NCBI GenBank assembly: GCA_044342325.1
Contig: JBIIPZ010000002.1
Location: 64,001 to 128,000, forward strand
DNA length: 64,000 bases
Origin: Terrimicrobiaceae bacterium
GTDB taxonomy: Bacteria > Verrucomicrobiota > Verrucomicrobiia > Chthoniobacterales > Terrimicrobiaceae
Reading direction: 5' to 3'
Part shown: positions 1 through 9,043 of the stretch, in pieces
Layout of the letters: each line of letters begins with the position of its first letter
Position numbering within the stretch: the stretch's first letter is position 1
The notes under the pieces: model-generated
Database searches by the model: none
What the model was told of the DNA's origin: nothing
Seen by the model: the letters and a program-made list of their open reading frames with translations, nothing else
Position numbers and translations under genes: made by a program

Positions 1-609
1 GGCAGTGCGAGCATTCTGGTCATTTCCTGGATGTATATCGCCATGATGGGACCCCGCGCCCTCCGCGATGCCACGGCCGTCTCGATCCTCAACGCAAACT
101 ACATCGCCGCACGACTCGGCGGGCATTTCCCAATCCTCTACAAAGGCAAATCGGGCCGCGTCGCGCACGAGTGCATCCTCGATCTGCGCGAATGGAAACA
201 ACGAGCGGGCATCGAGGTTGAAGATGTCGCCAAGCGCCTCATGGATTTTGGATTCCATGCCCCAACGATGAGCTGGCCGGTCGCCGGAACCCTCATGGTC
301 GAGCCCACCGAGAGCGAGTCCAAGGCGGAAATCGACCGCTTCTGCGACGCCATGCTCACGATCCACGCCGAGCTTGTCGCCGTCGAATCCGGCACCCTAG
401 ACCGCGCCAACAACCCGCTCAAAAATGCCCCGCACACAGCCGCATGCGTCACCAGCGACGAGTGGACGCGCCCGTATCCGCGCTCGCAAGCCGCCTGGCC
501 TGCGCCATGGCTCCGCCAGCACAAATTCTGGCCGACAGTCGCCCGTATCGACAATGTTCACGGCGACCGCCATGTGTTCTGCAGCTGTCCGCCGATCCTC
601 GAAAGTTGA
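1..609 (+). CDS. gcvP: Glycine dehydrogenase (decarboxylating), P protein, C-terminal part (5' truncated by window)
   Basis: Frame open from base 1 ([13 protein letters not shown]); motifs [35 protein letters not shown]...CSCPP. Confidence 0.97.
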   Translation, partial: GSASILVISWMYIAMMGPRALRDATAVSILNANYIAARLGGHFPILYKGKSGRVAHECILDLREWKQRAGIEVEDVAKRLMDFGFHAPTMSWPVAGTLMVEPTESESKAEIDRFCDAMLTIHAELVAVESGTLDRANNPLKNAPHTAACVTSDEWTRPYPRSQAAWPAPWLRQHKFWPTVARIDNVHGDRHVFCSCPPILES

Positions 610-615
610 GCCTGT

Positions 616-1392
616 TTAGACAGGTTGCGTGCCTTTGCAGTCGGGATATTTCGTGCAGCCCAAAAATTGCTGCCCGGCATTCTTTCCGCTTTTGGCTGTG
701 CGAAGAGCCATGTGCGATTCGCATTGCGGGCACTTTGGGGGAAGATCGGTCGGATCGGTCTGATCAGACGGATCCGACCGATCTTGCTTTTTGCGATGGG
801 CGAGTCTTGCCGTGGCGAGTTGTTCGGAGTAGCCGCCGCCTTCCACAAAGCCCTTTTCGAGCGCGGCGATCTGGCGGTCGAGAAGGAAGTTCGCTTGGTT
901 GATCAGGCAGATGAGTGTGTTCGCGCGGATTCCCGGGTCGTTGCTTTCGAGCCAGCGTGCGTAGAGCGCAAAGCGCTGCTCGTCGTTGAGATCGGTCAGA
1001 TCAGTCGGATCAGTCGGATCGGACTGATCCGACCGATCTTTTCGAAACTCCTGCGGCACGCGCCGCACGGCGCTGGCTTCCTTGCTGTCGGGATCCCATT
1101 GCGGGAGTCGCCGCTGGCGCAGGTAGTCTTCGTAGTCCAGCAGAAGCTCGTCCAAGCTAGAGCGTGCGACATTCACCAAGCGCAGTTCGGTTTGCGACGA
1201 AGTCGCCGAAGCCCGACTGCCCTCGGCGATGTTTTGCCGGCCGCTGCGGGCGGCTTGGATCATCTGGTCCACAGTGCGCGAGCGGGCATCCAGGAACTTT
1301 TCGCAGAACCACACCGTGGCATCGTAGATGATCGTCGTTGTTTGAAAGCTCGCGGTGTCACGGTAACCGCCACTTGGGCGCAATTTTTTCAT
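616..1392 (-). CDS. Four-helix-bundle protein (TIGR02436-like) with suffix domain and C-terminal topoisomerase-type C4 zinc ribbon
   Basis: GGYR, DQMIQAARSGRQNIAEG, ARSSLDELLLDYEDYL, LLDRQI...F..GGGYSE; CPQC...FLGCTKYPDC. Confidence 0.9.
   Translation of the reverse strand: MKKLRPSGGYRDTASFQTTTIIYDATVWFCEKFLDARSRTVDQMIQAARSGRQNIAEGSRASATSSQTELRLVNVARSSLDELLLDYEDYLRQRRLPQWDPDSKEASAVRRVPQEFRKDRSDQSDPTDPTDLTDLNDEQRFALYARWLESNDPGIRANTLICLINQANFLLDRQIAALEKGFVEGGGYSEQLATARLAHRKKQDRSDPSDQTDPTDLPPKCPQCESHMALRTAKSGKNAGQQFLGCTKYPDCKGTQPV
742..785. repeat. 9-bp-period GATC tandem array forming a 44-bp near-perfect palindrome (encodes DRSDPSDQTDPTDL)
   Basis: aa-gatcggtcg gatcggtct gatcagacg gatccgacc gatc-tt equals its reverse complement except for one mismatched pair. 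Confidence 0.9.
989..1039. repeat. Second 9-bp-period GATC tandem array, also self-complementary (encodes DRSDQSDPTDPTDLTDL)
   Basis: gatcggtca gatcagtcg gatcagtcg gatcggact gatccgacc gatc; six GATC at 9-bp spacing. Confidence 0.9.
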
Positions 1393-1548
1393 GGGTTCGA
1401 TTTTCGAGTTGGAAAAGTGTCCGCATGCCAGCCGGGTTCAACAAAATTATTGTGAACATATTGTCCCCTATCTCGGGACTGCTGAGCCGCAGTGGATTTG
1501 CCATCGCTCTCGCATGGCGGATGTTTTGTGGAAACACTAAGCATCCGA

Positions 1549-2877
1549 ATGAGAGAGTTTGTTACGAAGATTCCAAAAAAGAGGCTCGAGGCCGTTGCGA
1601 GTGCGGCATTCGCAGTCTTGATGCTTCTTTTTGCGGCGGACAGTTGGTTTTCCCACATGACCAGCCGACATCTTCTCGATTCGATCGTCTGGGTTGATCT
1701 GAAACACGGTCAACTTGATCTGGCGAAGAATGTCCAACTTGAACTCAGGGAGGCTGAATCGGCACTGCGCAGCTATGTCATAACGGGCAATTCTGCGAAG
1801 CGTGATGAATATCTCAAAAAGTCCGCCGCAATCATGGACGAGCGCTTTGCGAATCTACTTGGAACGGCTGCCGGTGATGAGCAAATGCTCCACACGCTCG
1901 AGCGGATCGGCGGTCTGATTCATCGTTGGTTAGATCTATTGAATGAGTCCCATATGGCTTATGAAACGGGTTCGGGTGGGCAGAACCCGATTCATCGCAA
2001 GGGCGATCTGGTCATGCAGCAGATCACAGCGGCATTTCAGGAGTTCGTGGCCGAGCAGCATCAAATCCTGCAGGCCCGTATTCTGGAGCGAAAACATGAA
2101 TCCGATCGGCTGATGTATGCGATGCTGGCAAGTGGTGTGCTGGCGGTGGCCATTGTTGCGCTTGCCCTGACGGTGATTCTTCGCGGCCTCTACAGACACC
2201 GTGAGGCCGAGGAAAAAAGCCGCGCCAGTTTGGAGGAGAAGGAGAATCTTTTAAAAGAAATTCACCATCGGGTGAAAAACAACCTTCAGATTATTTCCAG
2301 CCTGCTTCTGCTACAGGCATCGAAATTGAAGGATGCCGAGGCAGCTGAAATTTTTTCCGAGTGTCGCGAGAGAATCCAATTCATGGCCCGCCTCCATGAG
2401 CAACTCTACTCTTCGGGAAATCTTCAGCGGATCGAATTTGGAAAGAACCTCGCCGAAATCGCCGAGGCGCTTTTGCATTCCCACTCGCCTGCAGGGTGCC
2501 AACTGACGCTGGAGAAGAGTATCGATCCGCTGGAGCTTGATGTGGACACCTCGCAGGTGCTGGGGTTGCTGGCCACGGAGCTGCTTTTGAATTCTCTCAA
2601 ACATGGGTTCAAAGGGCGTAAGACAGGCGCCATTCGCCTTGAACTGCACGGAGGAGCGAAAAATACCATGGTCGTCAGCGATAACGGAGTTGGCCTGCCA
2701 GCTAATTTCGACAGTCTGAAAAGCGGCCGCATGGGTATGAATCTCGCGCATGCTCTCGCCAGGCAGATTCGCGGCGAAGCAAACTTTTCCAACAATCCTG
2801 GAGGAGGAACTCGCGTGGTGGTGGGGTTTTCCCTTGAGCCCACCTTGAAAAGCACTCCTGTAGGACGAAATTCTTAA
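1549..2877 (+). CDS. Membrane sensor histidine kinase (CHASE3-like sensor, HisKA_2 and HATPase)
   Basis: Two TM segments; AESALRSYVITG (CHASE3-like); LLKEIHHRVKNNLQ; ELLLNSLKHG, DNGVG, GMG, GGGT. Start uncertain. Confidence 0.9.
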   Translation: MREFVTKIPKKRLEAVASAAFAVLMLLFAADSWFSHMTSRHLLDSIVWVDLKHGQLDLAKNVQLELREAESALRSYVITGNSAKRDEYLKKSAAIMDERFANLLGTAAGDEQMLHTLERIGGLIHRWLDLLNESHMAYETGSGGQNPIHRKGDLVMQQITAAFQEFVAEQHQILQARILERKHESDRLMYAMLASGVLAVAIVALALTVILRGLYRHREAEEKSRASLEEKENLLKEIHHRVKNNLQIISSLLLLQASKLKDAEAAEIFSECRERIQFMARLHEQLYSSGNLQRIEFGKNLAEIAEALLHSHSPAGCQLTLEKSIDPLELDVDTSQVLGLLATELLLNSLKHGFKGRKTGAIRLELHGGAKNTMVVSDNGVGLPANFDSLKSGRMGMNLAHALARQIRGEANFSNNPGGGTRVVVGFSLEPTLKSTPVGRNS

Positions 2878-2878
2878 T

Positions 2879-3286
2879 ATGGAACCGACACGCATTTTGA
2901 TCGCCGAAGACGAGGCGATCACCGCCATCGCGCTGAAAAGCGAACTCGTCTCGCTTGGCTACGAGGTGGTGGGGATTACGGATACCGCCGAGGAAGTGGT
3001 CCGCGCCGCAGGGGATTTGCAGCCGGATGTCGTCTTCATGGACATAACTCTGAAAGGCGTGCTCGACGGCATCACCGCCGCTGTGGCGATCCGAGGGCGG
3101 ACTGGTGCGCCGGTTGTTTTTCTCACCGCGCATGCAGATGAAAAAACGATGAAGCGCTCGGTTTTTGCAGGGCCTTTTGAATACATACTCAAGCCATTCA
3201 CCCGAAAAGAGCTTCAATCCGCCGTGGAGGCTTCGCTCCAGAAGCGCCAAGTGGAACTTCAGGGACGAACGATGCTGCAGCGCTAA
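2879..3286 (+). CDS. Response regulator, single receiver domain
   Basis: ILIAEDE, PDVVFMDI, FLTA, YILKPF; directly follows the kinase. Confidence 0.93.
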   Translation: MEPTRILIAEDEAITAIALKSELVSLGYEVVGITDTAEEVVRAAGDLQPDVVFMDITLKGVLDGITAAVAIRGRTGAPVVFLTAHADEKTMKRSVFAGPFEYILKPFTRKELQSAVEASLQKRQVELQGRTMLQR

Positions 3287-3337
3287 AAGGTAATCCCAGC
3301 CTCGCTTTTGCGGGGACGATCACCAAGCATTCCCGAA

Positions 3338-5593
3338 ATGGCAATCGATCCGGTCTGTGGCATGGAGGTGGACGAATCCACCGGACTTCGCGGCGAGCGC
3401 GGAGGAGAGGTGTTCTACTTTTGTTGCGATCATTGCAGACAAAAGTTTTTGAATCCTCCGGCTGAGGAAAAGCCCGTCCCTCAAAATGCCATTTACACTT
3501 GTCCGATGCATCCGGAGGTGAGCCAGAAACATCCTGGCGACTGCCCAATGTGCGGCATGGCGCTCGAGCCACTCGATGCGACCGGGGAAGATTCCGGGAG
3601 TGGGGAACTGGACGATATGACGCAGCGCTTCGTGGTCTCCGTCCTCTTTGGATTACCTGTGTTTCTTTTGGCGATGGCACACCTCTTTCCAGTAACGGCA
3701 GCCTTCGGCGATAGCGACATGTCACGCTGGCTACAGTTCCTCCTTTCTGTGCCTGTGGTGTGCTGGTGTGGCTTCCCGTTTTTTCTCCGTGGGTGGCGCT
3801 CGGTCTCAAGCGGGCATTGGAATATGTTCACACTCATTTCGCTTGGAGTGGGTGCGGCATTTCTTATGAGCGCCGCTGCTATGCTAGCGCCGGATTTCTT
3901 TCCCCATTCGTTGCGGCATGGCGGCAAGGTGCCTGTTTACTTCGAATCCGCAGCTGTGATCATTGCGCTTGTCCTCCTCGGTCAGGTGCTCGAGCTACGT
4001 GCGCGCGGCAGGACGGGAGGCGCGATTCGAGCTCTACTGAATCTCTCCCCGCGTGTTGCGCGTAAGCTCACGGATGCCGGGGATTGTGAAATCCCCCTCG
4101 CGCAGGTTCAGGCAGGCGACCGGTTGCGCGTGGTGCCGGGCGGCAGCGTGCCGGTGGATGGCGAGCTCATCGAGGGGCATTCTAGCATCGATGAGTCGAT
4201 GATCACTGGCGAGTCGCTGCCGATTGAGAAAAACACGGGGGATAAGGTTTCAGCAGGCACTTTGAACGGCTCCGGGACATTCGTCATGCGCGCAGAGCGG
4301 GTCGGCTCCGACACACTGCTCGGCCGCATTGTGCAAATGGTCGCTGATGCGCAGCGCACACGGGCCCCGATTCAGGGGCTTGCCGACAAAGTGGCGGGAA
4401 TTTTTGTTCCAGTCGTGCTGGCGGTTTCGATTCTCACATTCCTCGCGTGGATCGGGTTCGGCCCGGAGCCGAGGCTCGCCCATGCCATCGTGAATGCCGT
4501 AGCCGTTCTCATTATCGCCTGCCCTTGCGCACTCGGCCTTGCCACGCCGATGTCCATCATGGTCGCAGTCGGTCGTGGCGCACGCGAGGGCGTGCTGGTG
4601 AAGGATGCCGCTACACTCCAAGAGTTGGAAAAAATCACGACTCTGGTGCTCGATAAAACCGGCACCCTCACCGAGGGACGCCCCCAGCTTGTGGAGATAA
4701 TTCCCGTCGATGGCATGGATGCAAAGGAAGTGCTCCAGATTGCCGCATCACTCGAGCAAGGCAGCGAGCATCCGCTTGCGGATGCGGTTCTCCGTGGCGC
4801 GAAGGATATTGCTCTTCTGCCAACCACCAACTTCCGCGCTGTGGCCGGCGGCGGCGTGCTCGGGGATGTTGCGGGCCGCAAGATTGTGGTCGGGAAGGCA
4901 GAGTTTTTGCGGAGCGAAAAAATCACGGGCCTCGACCATCTGGAAACTCTGGCGATCAAGCTCCAAGAGGACGGCAAATCGGTTCTCTTTATCGCTGGCG
5001 ACGGAATGGCCTATGGGCTGATCGCTGTCTTCGATCCCATCAAAGCGACAAGCGCCGCCGCGTTGGCGGATCTCCATGCGCTGGGCCTTAAAATCACGAT
5101 GCTCACGGGTGACAACGAGCGCACGGCTGCAGCTGTCGCCCGGCAACTCGGGCTGGATTCTTTCGAGTCGGGCATCGAGCCCCTCGCCAAGGCGGCTTTC
5201 ATCAAAAAACTTCGCGTCGACGGGGAACGCGTCGCCATGGCGGGGGATGGAATCAATGACGCTCCTGCGCTCAGCGAGGCCCATGTTGGGATTGCCATGG
5301 GAAATGGAACCGATGTCGCAATCCAAAGCGCCGGCATCACTCTCGTGAAAGGCGACCTCCGAGGCATCGCCCGGGCCATCCGCTTGAGTCGCGAGACGAT
5401 GCGGAACATTCGTCAGAATCTCTTCTTTGCCTTCCTCTACAACGCGCTTGGAATCCCCATAGCGGCAGGTGTGCTTTATCCTTTTTTCGGTCTCTTACTC
5501 AGTCCCATTCTGGCCGGTGCCGCCATGAGCATGAGTTCCGTATGCGTCATTGCCAATGCGCTGAGGCTCGAGCGCGCCAAGGGGAATACTTGA
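3338..5593 (+). CDS. copA: Cu(I)-translocating P1B-type ATPase with N-terminal YHS and YTCPMHP metal-binding domains
   Basis: DPVCGM...FCCDHC, YTCPMHP, TGES, CPC, DKTGT, SEHP, GDGIND, YN and MSMSS. Confidence 0.93.
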   Translation: MAIDPVCGMEVDESTGLRGERGGEVFYFCCDHCRQKFLNPPAEEKPVPQNAIYTCPMHPEVSQKHPGDCPMCGMALEPLDATGEDSGSGELDDMTQRFVVSVLFGLPVFLLAMAHLFPVTAAFGDSDMSRWLQFLLSVPVVCWCGFPFFLRGWRSVSSGHWNMFTLISLGVGAAFLMSAAAMLAPDFFPHSLRHGGKVPVYFESAAVIIALVLLGQVLELRARGRTGGAIRALLNLSPRVARKLTDAGDCEIPLAQVQAGDRLRVVPGGSVPVDGELIEGHSSIDESMITGESLPIEKNTGDKVSAGTLNGSGTFVMRAERVGSDTLLGRIVQMVADAQRTRAPIQGLADKVAGIFVPVVLAVSILTFLAWIGFGPEPRLAHAIVNAVAVLIIACPCALGLATPMSIMVAVGRGAREGVLVKDAATLQELEKITTLVLDKTGTLTEGRPQLVEIIPVDGMDAKEVLQIAASLEQGSEHPLADAVLRGAKDIALLPTTNFRAVAGGGVLGDVAGRKIVVGKAEFLRSEKITGLDHLETLAIKLQEDGKSVLFIAGDGMAYGLIAVFDPIKATSAAALADLHALGLKITMLTGDNERTAAAVARQLGLDSFESGIEPLAKAAFIKKLRVDGERVAMAGDGINDAPALSEAHVGIAMGNGTDVAIQSAGITLVKGDLRGIARAIRLSRETMRNIRQNLFFAFLYNALGIPIAAGVLYPFFGLLLSPILAGAAMSMSSVCVIANALRLERAKGNT

Positions 5594-5629
5594 TCTCCAA
5601 GAAAAATCTCAAAAATTTCAACGAAAGTG

Positions 5630-5657
5630 TTGACACTCCACAAAGTTTCCCTACTTT
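5630..5657 (+). promoter_or_regulatory. Putative sigma70 promoter of rpmB
   Basis: TTGACA-N16-TACTTT with AT-rich upstream tract, 14 nt before the ATG. Confidence 0.6.
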
Positions 5658-5671
5658 CGGCCGTCCATCTT

Positions 5672-5938
5672 ATGTCTAGAAAGTGCAGCATCACTGGGGC
5701 CAAGCCCGTTCGCGGATCCAAAATCCATCGTCGCGGTCTCGCGAAGAAAAAAGGCGGTATCGGCATGCACGTCACAGCCGTCACCCCTCGCTACTTCCAG
5801 CCGAATCTCAAAACCAAACGCGTCTGGGTTCCCGAACTCAAAAAGTTTGTGACCGTTAAAGCCACCGCGCGTGCCTTTAAGACGCTCTCGAAAAACGGGG
5901 CCTACAAAACCCTGGCTGCTGCCGGATTGGTCAAATAA
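5672..5938 (+). CDS. rpmB: 50S ribosomal protein L28 (PVC type)
   Basis: MSRKCSITG...RRGLAKKKGGIG...R.FQPNL..KRVW. Confidence 0.96.
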   Translation: MSRKCSITGAKPVRGSKIHRRGLAKKKGGIGMHVTAVTPRYFQPNLKTKRVWVPELKKFVTVKATARAFKTLSKNGAYKTLAAAGLVK

Positions 5939-6073
5939 TCCGCGCCTTCTGCGTTTTTCATCTTCTCTCCGTGAGGCACATCCTTGCGGAGAGATTTCTT
6001 TTTTAGGAAGCATGTTTCCGGAATTCGCATGATGGCAGGTGACAAATCCTCACTGCCCGTGCCATCTTCTGCC

Positions 6074-6862
6074 ATGCCTTTGCTGGAGGTTCAGAATCTA
6101 CGAACTTGGTTTCCCGTGCTGGGAGGGGTGATGCGACGCAAGGTCGGCGACATCCGGGCGGTGGATGATGTCTCATTCACTATCGAACCCGGTTGCACGG
6201 TCGGCTTGGTCGGTGAGAGCGGCAGCGGAAAAACCACGGTCGGCCGCACGATTCTCAAACTCATTTCCTCCACATCGGGCCGCGTTCTCTACAAGGGGCG
6301 CGATATCCTGCCTCTATCGGAGCGGGATTTTCGTCCGCTGCGCCGCGAGATGCAGATGATTTTTCAAGATCCCTTCGGGTCGCTTAATCCGCGATTCACG
6401 ATTGGCGAGATCGTGGGAGAGGCGCTGGAAATCCATTTTCCGAAAATGAACCGTTCCGACCGCGCCTCGCGCGTGGCCGATCTTCTGGGCTTGGTCGGCC
6501 TCAAGGCTGATATGATGCGGCGGTATCCGCACGAGTTCAGCGGCGGCCAGCGCCAGCGCATCGGTATCGCCAGAGCGCTTGCGGTGGAACCCCGCTTCAT
6601 CGTCTGCGACGAACCGGTGAGCGCGCTGGATGTGAGCGTGCAGGCCCAGATCGTGAATCTGCTGCAGGATCTGCAGGAGCAGTTCGGCATCGCCTACTTG
6701 TTCATCGCACACGACCTCGCCGTGGTGGAACACATCAGCGACCATGTGCTCGTCATGCACCATGGAAAAATTGTGGAGTCCGCAAGCGCCGAAGCAATCT
6801 ACAACGATCCTCAAAACGAATACACGAAGACCCTTCTCTCGGCTGTGCCGTCCATTGCCTGA
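6074..6862 (+). CDS. Oligopeptide/dipeptide ABC transporter ATP-binding subunit (OppF/DppF-like)
   Basis: [38 protein letters not shown]. Confidence 0.92.
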   Translation: MPLLEVQNLRTWFPVLGGVMRRKVGDIRAVDDVSFTIEPGCTVGLVGESGSGKTTVGRTILKLISSTSGRVLYKGRDILPLSERDFRPLRREMQMIFQDPFGSLNPRFTIGEIVGEALEIHFPKMNRSDRASRVADLLGLVGLKADMMRRYPHEFSGGQRQRIGIARALAVEPRFIVCDEPVSALDVSVQAQIVNLLQDLQEQFGIAYLFIAHDLAVVEHISDHVLVMHHGKIVESASAEAIYNDPQNEYTKTLLSAVPSIA

Positions 6863-7962
6863 TGCATCCTCTGCTCCGACATTTTCTGCGAATGAACTGG
6901 CCGCTCTTCGGCCTGATGATGGGTCTCTTGGCTTACGGGATTTATGCCATCCACAGCGCGACATGGATGAGGGATCAGGATTTTGCCAAGTCACAGCTCA
7001 TCTGGATCGTGATTTGTATGCCCATGTTTTTTATCGTGTCCCTCATCGATTACCGCTGGGTGAGGTTCGGCGCCATCCCCCTCTATGTGGCGAGTATTCT
7101 TGGCCTCGTAGCCACTATGTTCATCGGCGAAAAACGCTACGGAGCCCGTAGCTGGCTCGATCTCGGTCCCATGAGCTTCCAGCCCTCACAGCTCGCGATC
7201 ATCGCTGGCATTCTCACTCTCAGCCTCTTTCTCTCAAATACACGGGCCATGCCGGCCTTCTTGCGTATCCTCTGCTGCGGAGCCATTGTCGGCGCGCCTT
7301 GGCTCATGATTCTCATCCAGCCGGACCTCGGATCCTGCATCGTCTGGGTGCCTGTCCTGCTGGCGATGATGTTCGTCGGGCACATCCCCAAACGCTGGCT
7401 AATTCTGATGCTCGTTATCGGGTTGGCGCTCATCCCACTCGTGGTTCATTTTGGCCTCAAACCTTACCAATACTCGCGCATCACAACATTTCTCGATCCC
7501 GAAGCTGACCCGCTCGGGGATGGATGGAACATCACGCAATCCCTCGTCGCAATTGGTTCCGGGGGTTGGGCGGGAAAAGGCTACAAATCGCCAAATTCCC
7601 TCAACGCCCTTGGCTTTCTGCCGCACACGATTGTTCACAATGATTTCATCTTTTCCGTCATGGGCGAGCAGCATGGATTCTTGGGTGGCGTTCTCCTTAT
7701 TTCCGCACTGGTGCTGCTTTTTCTCATCATGTTGGGAATAGCCATCAACGCAGAGGACGACCTCGGCCGCTTGCTTGCCGTGGGAATTACCATGCTGCTT
7801 TTCACGCATACTTTCATGAACCTCGGGATGACGATATCGCTCACCCCCATCACCGGATTGCCCCTTCCGCTCGTCAGCTACGGTGGATCGTTTGTCATGA
7901 TCACGCTTCTGAGTTTTGCCATCATTCAAAGCATCTGGATCTACCGCCGCTCTCCGCGATGA
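6862..7962 (+). CDS. rodA: SEDS family peptidoglycan glycosyltransferase, RodA-like
   Basis: GARSWL, FQPS, QPDLG, RI..FLDP, AIGSGG..GKG, DFIFS, TGLPLPLVSYGGS. Confidence 0.88.
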   Translation: MHPLLRHFLRMNWPLFGLMMGLLAYGIYAIHSATWMRDQDFAKSQLIWIVICMPMFFIVSLIDYRWVRFGAIPLYVASILGLVATMFIGEKRYGARSWLDLGPMSFQPSQLAIIAGILTLSLFLSNTRAMPAFLRILCCGAIVGAPWLMILIQPDLGSCIVWVPVLLAMMFVGHIPKRWLILMLVIGLALIPLVVHFGLKPYQYSRITTFLDPEADPLGDGWNITQSLVAIGSGGWAGKGYKSPNSLNALGFLPHTIVHNDFIFSVMGEQHGFLGGVLLISALVLLFLIMLGIAINAEDDLGRLLAVGITMLLFTHTFMNLGMTISLTPITGLPLPLVSYGGSFVMITLLSFAIIQSIWIYRRSPR

Positions 7963-8021
7963 GTGGGGCGAGGGATTTGATTGTCCCTGGAGCGGGGAGC
8001 CTTTAATTCTAACAACAGAAA

Positions 8022-8996
8022 ATGAAAAAAATACTAGTCACAGGCGGCGCCGGCTACATCGGCAGCATCTGCGTGGAGGAACTCATCAACCGGGGATTCG
8101 AAGTCTCTGTTTTTGATAATCTCACCGAGGGGCATGCCAAAGCGGTGGATCCCAGAGCCGATTTTTACCAAGGCGATCTCGCCGACCGTTCGGTTCTACA
8201 GCATGCCTTCGGCGAGGTGAAACCCGACGCCGTGATGCACTTTGCCGCCAATGCCCTTGTTGGCGAGTCGATGGAAAATCCATCGAAGTATTTTCGCAAC
8301 AATGTGTCCTCTGGCATCAACCTCCTCGACATGGCGGTGGAGTTCGGGGTTAAAAAATTCGTCTTCTCCTCGACTTGCGCCACCTTCGGCATCCCCGAGC
8401 GCATGCCGATCGACGAGTCGCTGCCTCAGCGTCCGATCAACCCTTACGGTGAGTCCAAGCTCATGTTTGAGACGATCCTTCGCTGGTATCGCGAAATCCA
8501 TAAGCTCTCGTTTGTGGCCCTGCGCTATTTCAACGCGGCCGGCGCCTCCGAAAAGTTTGGCGAAGACCATCGCATCGAGACGCACCTCATCCCCAACATT
8601 CTCAAAGTCGCCCTCGGCCAGCGCGAGTCGGTGGATATTTTTGGCACCGATTACCCAACGCCGGACGGCACTTGCATCCGCGACTACATTCACATCCTCG
8701 ACCTCGCTGAGGCGCACATCCTCGCGGTGCAGTCGGATAAAAGTGATTTTTACAATCTCGGCACAGGCGGAGGCACCTCGGTCCGCGAGGTCATCGAAAC
8801 CTGCAAAAAAATTACCGGCCGTGACATCAAGGCCGTGGAAAAACCTCGCCGTGCCGGCGATCCGCCCCGCCTCATCGCCGCCTCGGAAAAAATCCGCGCC
8901 GAACTCGGCTGGACTCCGCGTTTCCAAAATATCGTGCCCATCGTGGAAAGCGCCTGGGCTTGGCATGTGAAACACCCGAATGGCTACGGCGACTAA
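8022..8996 (+). CDS. galE: UDP-glucose 4-epimerase
   Basis: GGAGYIGS, YGESK, LRYFNAAGA, DGTCIRDYIH. Confidence 0.96.
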   Translation: MKKILVTGGAGYIGSICVEELINRGFEVSVFDNLTEGHAKAVDPRADFYQGDLADRSVLQHAFGEVKPDAVMHFAANALVGESMENPSKYFRNNVSSGINLLDMAVEFGVKKFVFSSTCATFGIPERMPIDESLPQRPINPYGESKLMFETILRWYREIHKLSFVALRYFNAAGASEKFGEDHRIETHLIPNILKVALGQRESVDIFGTDYPTPDGTCIRDYIHILDLAEAHILAVQSDKSDFYNLGTGGGTSVREVIETCKKITGRDIKAVEKPRRAGDPPRLIAASEKIRAELGWTPRFQNIVPIVESAWAWHVKHPNGYGD

Positions 8997-9043
8997 CTCC
9001 GCCCTTGATATCACCGAAGCGGATATTTAGTGTCGCCTCCCCA

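Noticed and set aside
742..1039. CRISPR array
   Set aside because: Units are 9 bp with no spacers, lie in frame inside a CDS, and no cas genes are present
616..1392. Diversity-generating retroelement (Avd-like gene)
   Set aside because: No reverse transcriptase and no TR/VR pair with adenine-specific mismatches seen in the window
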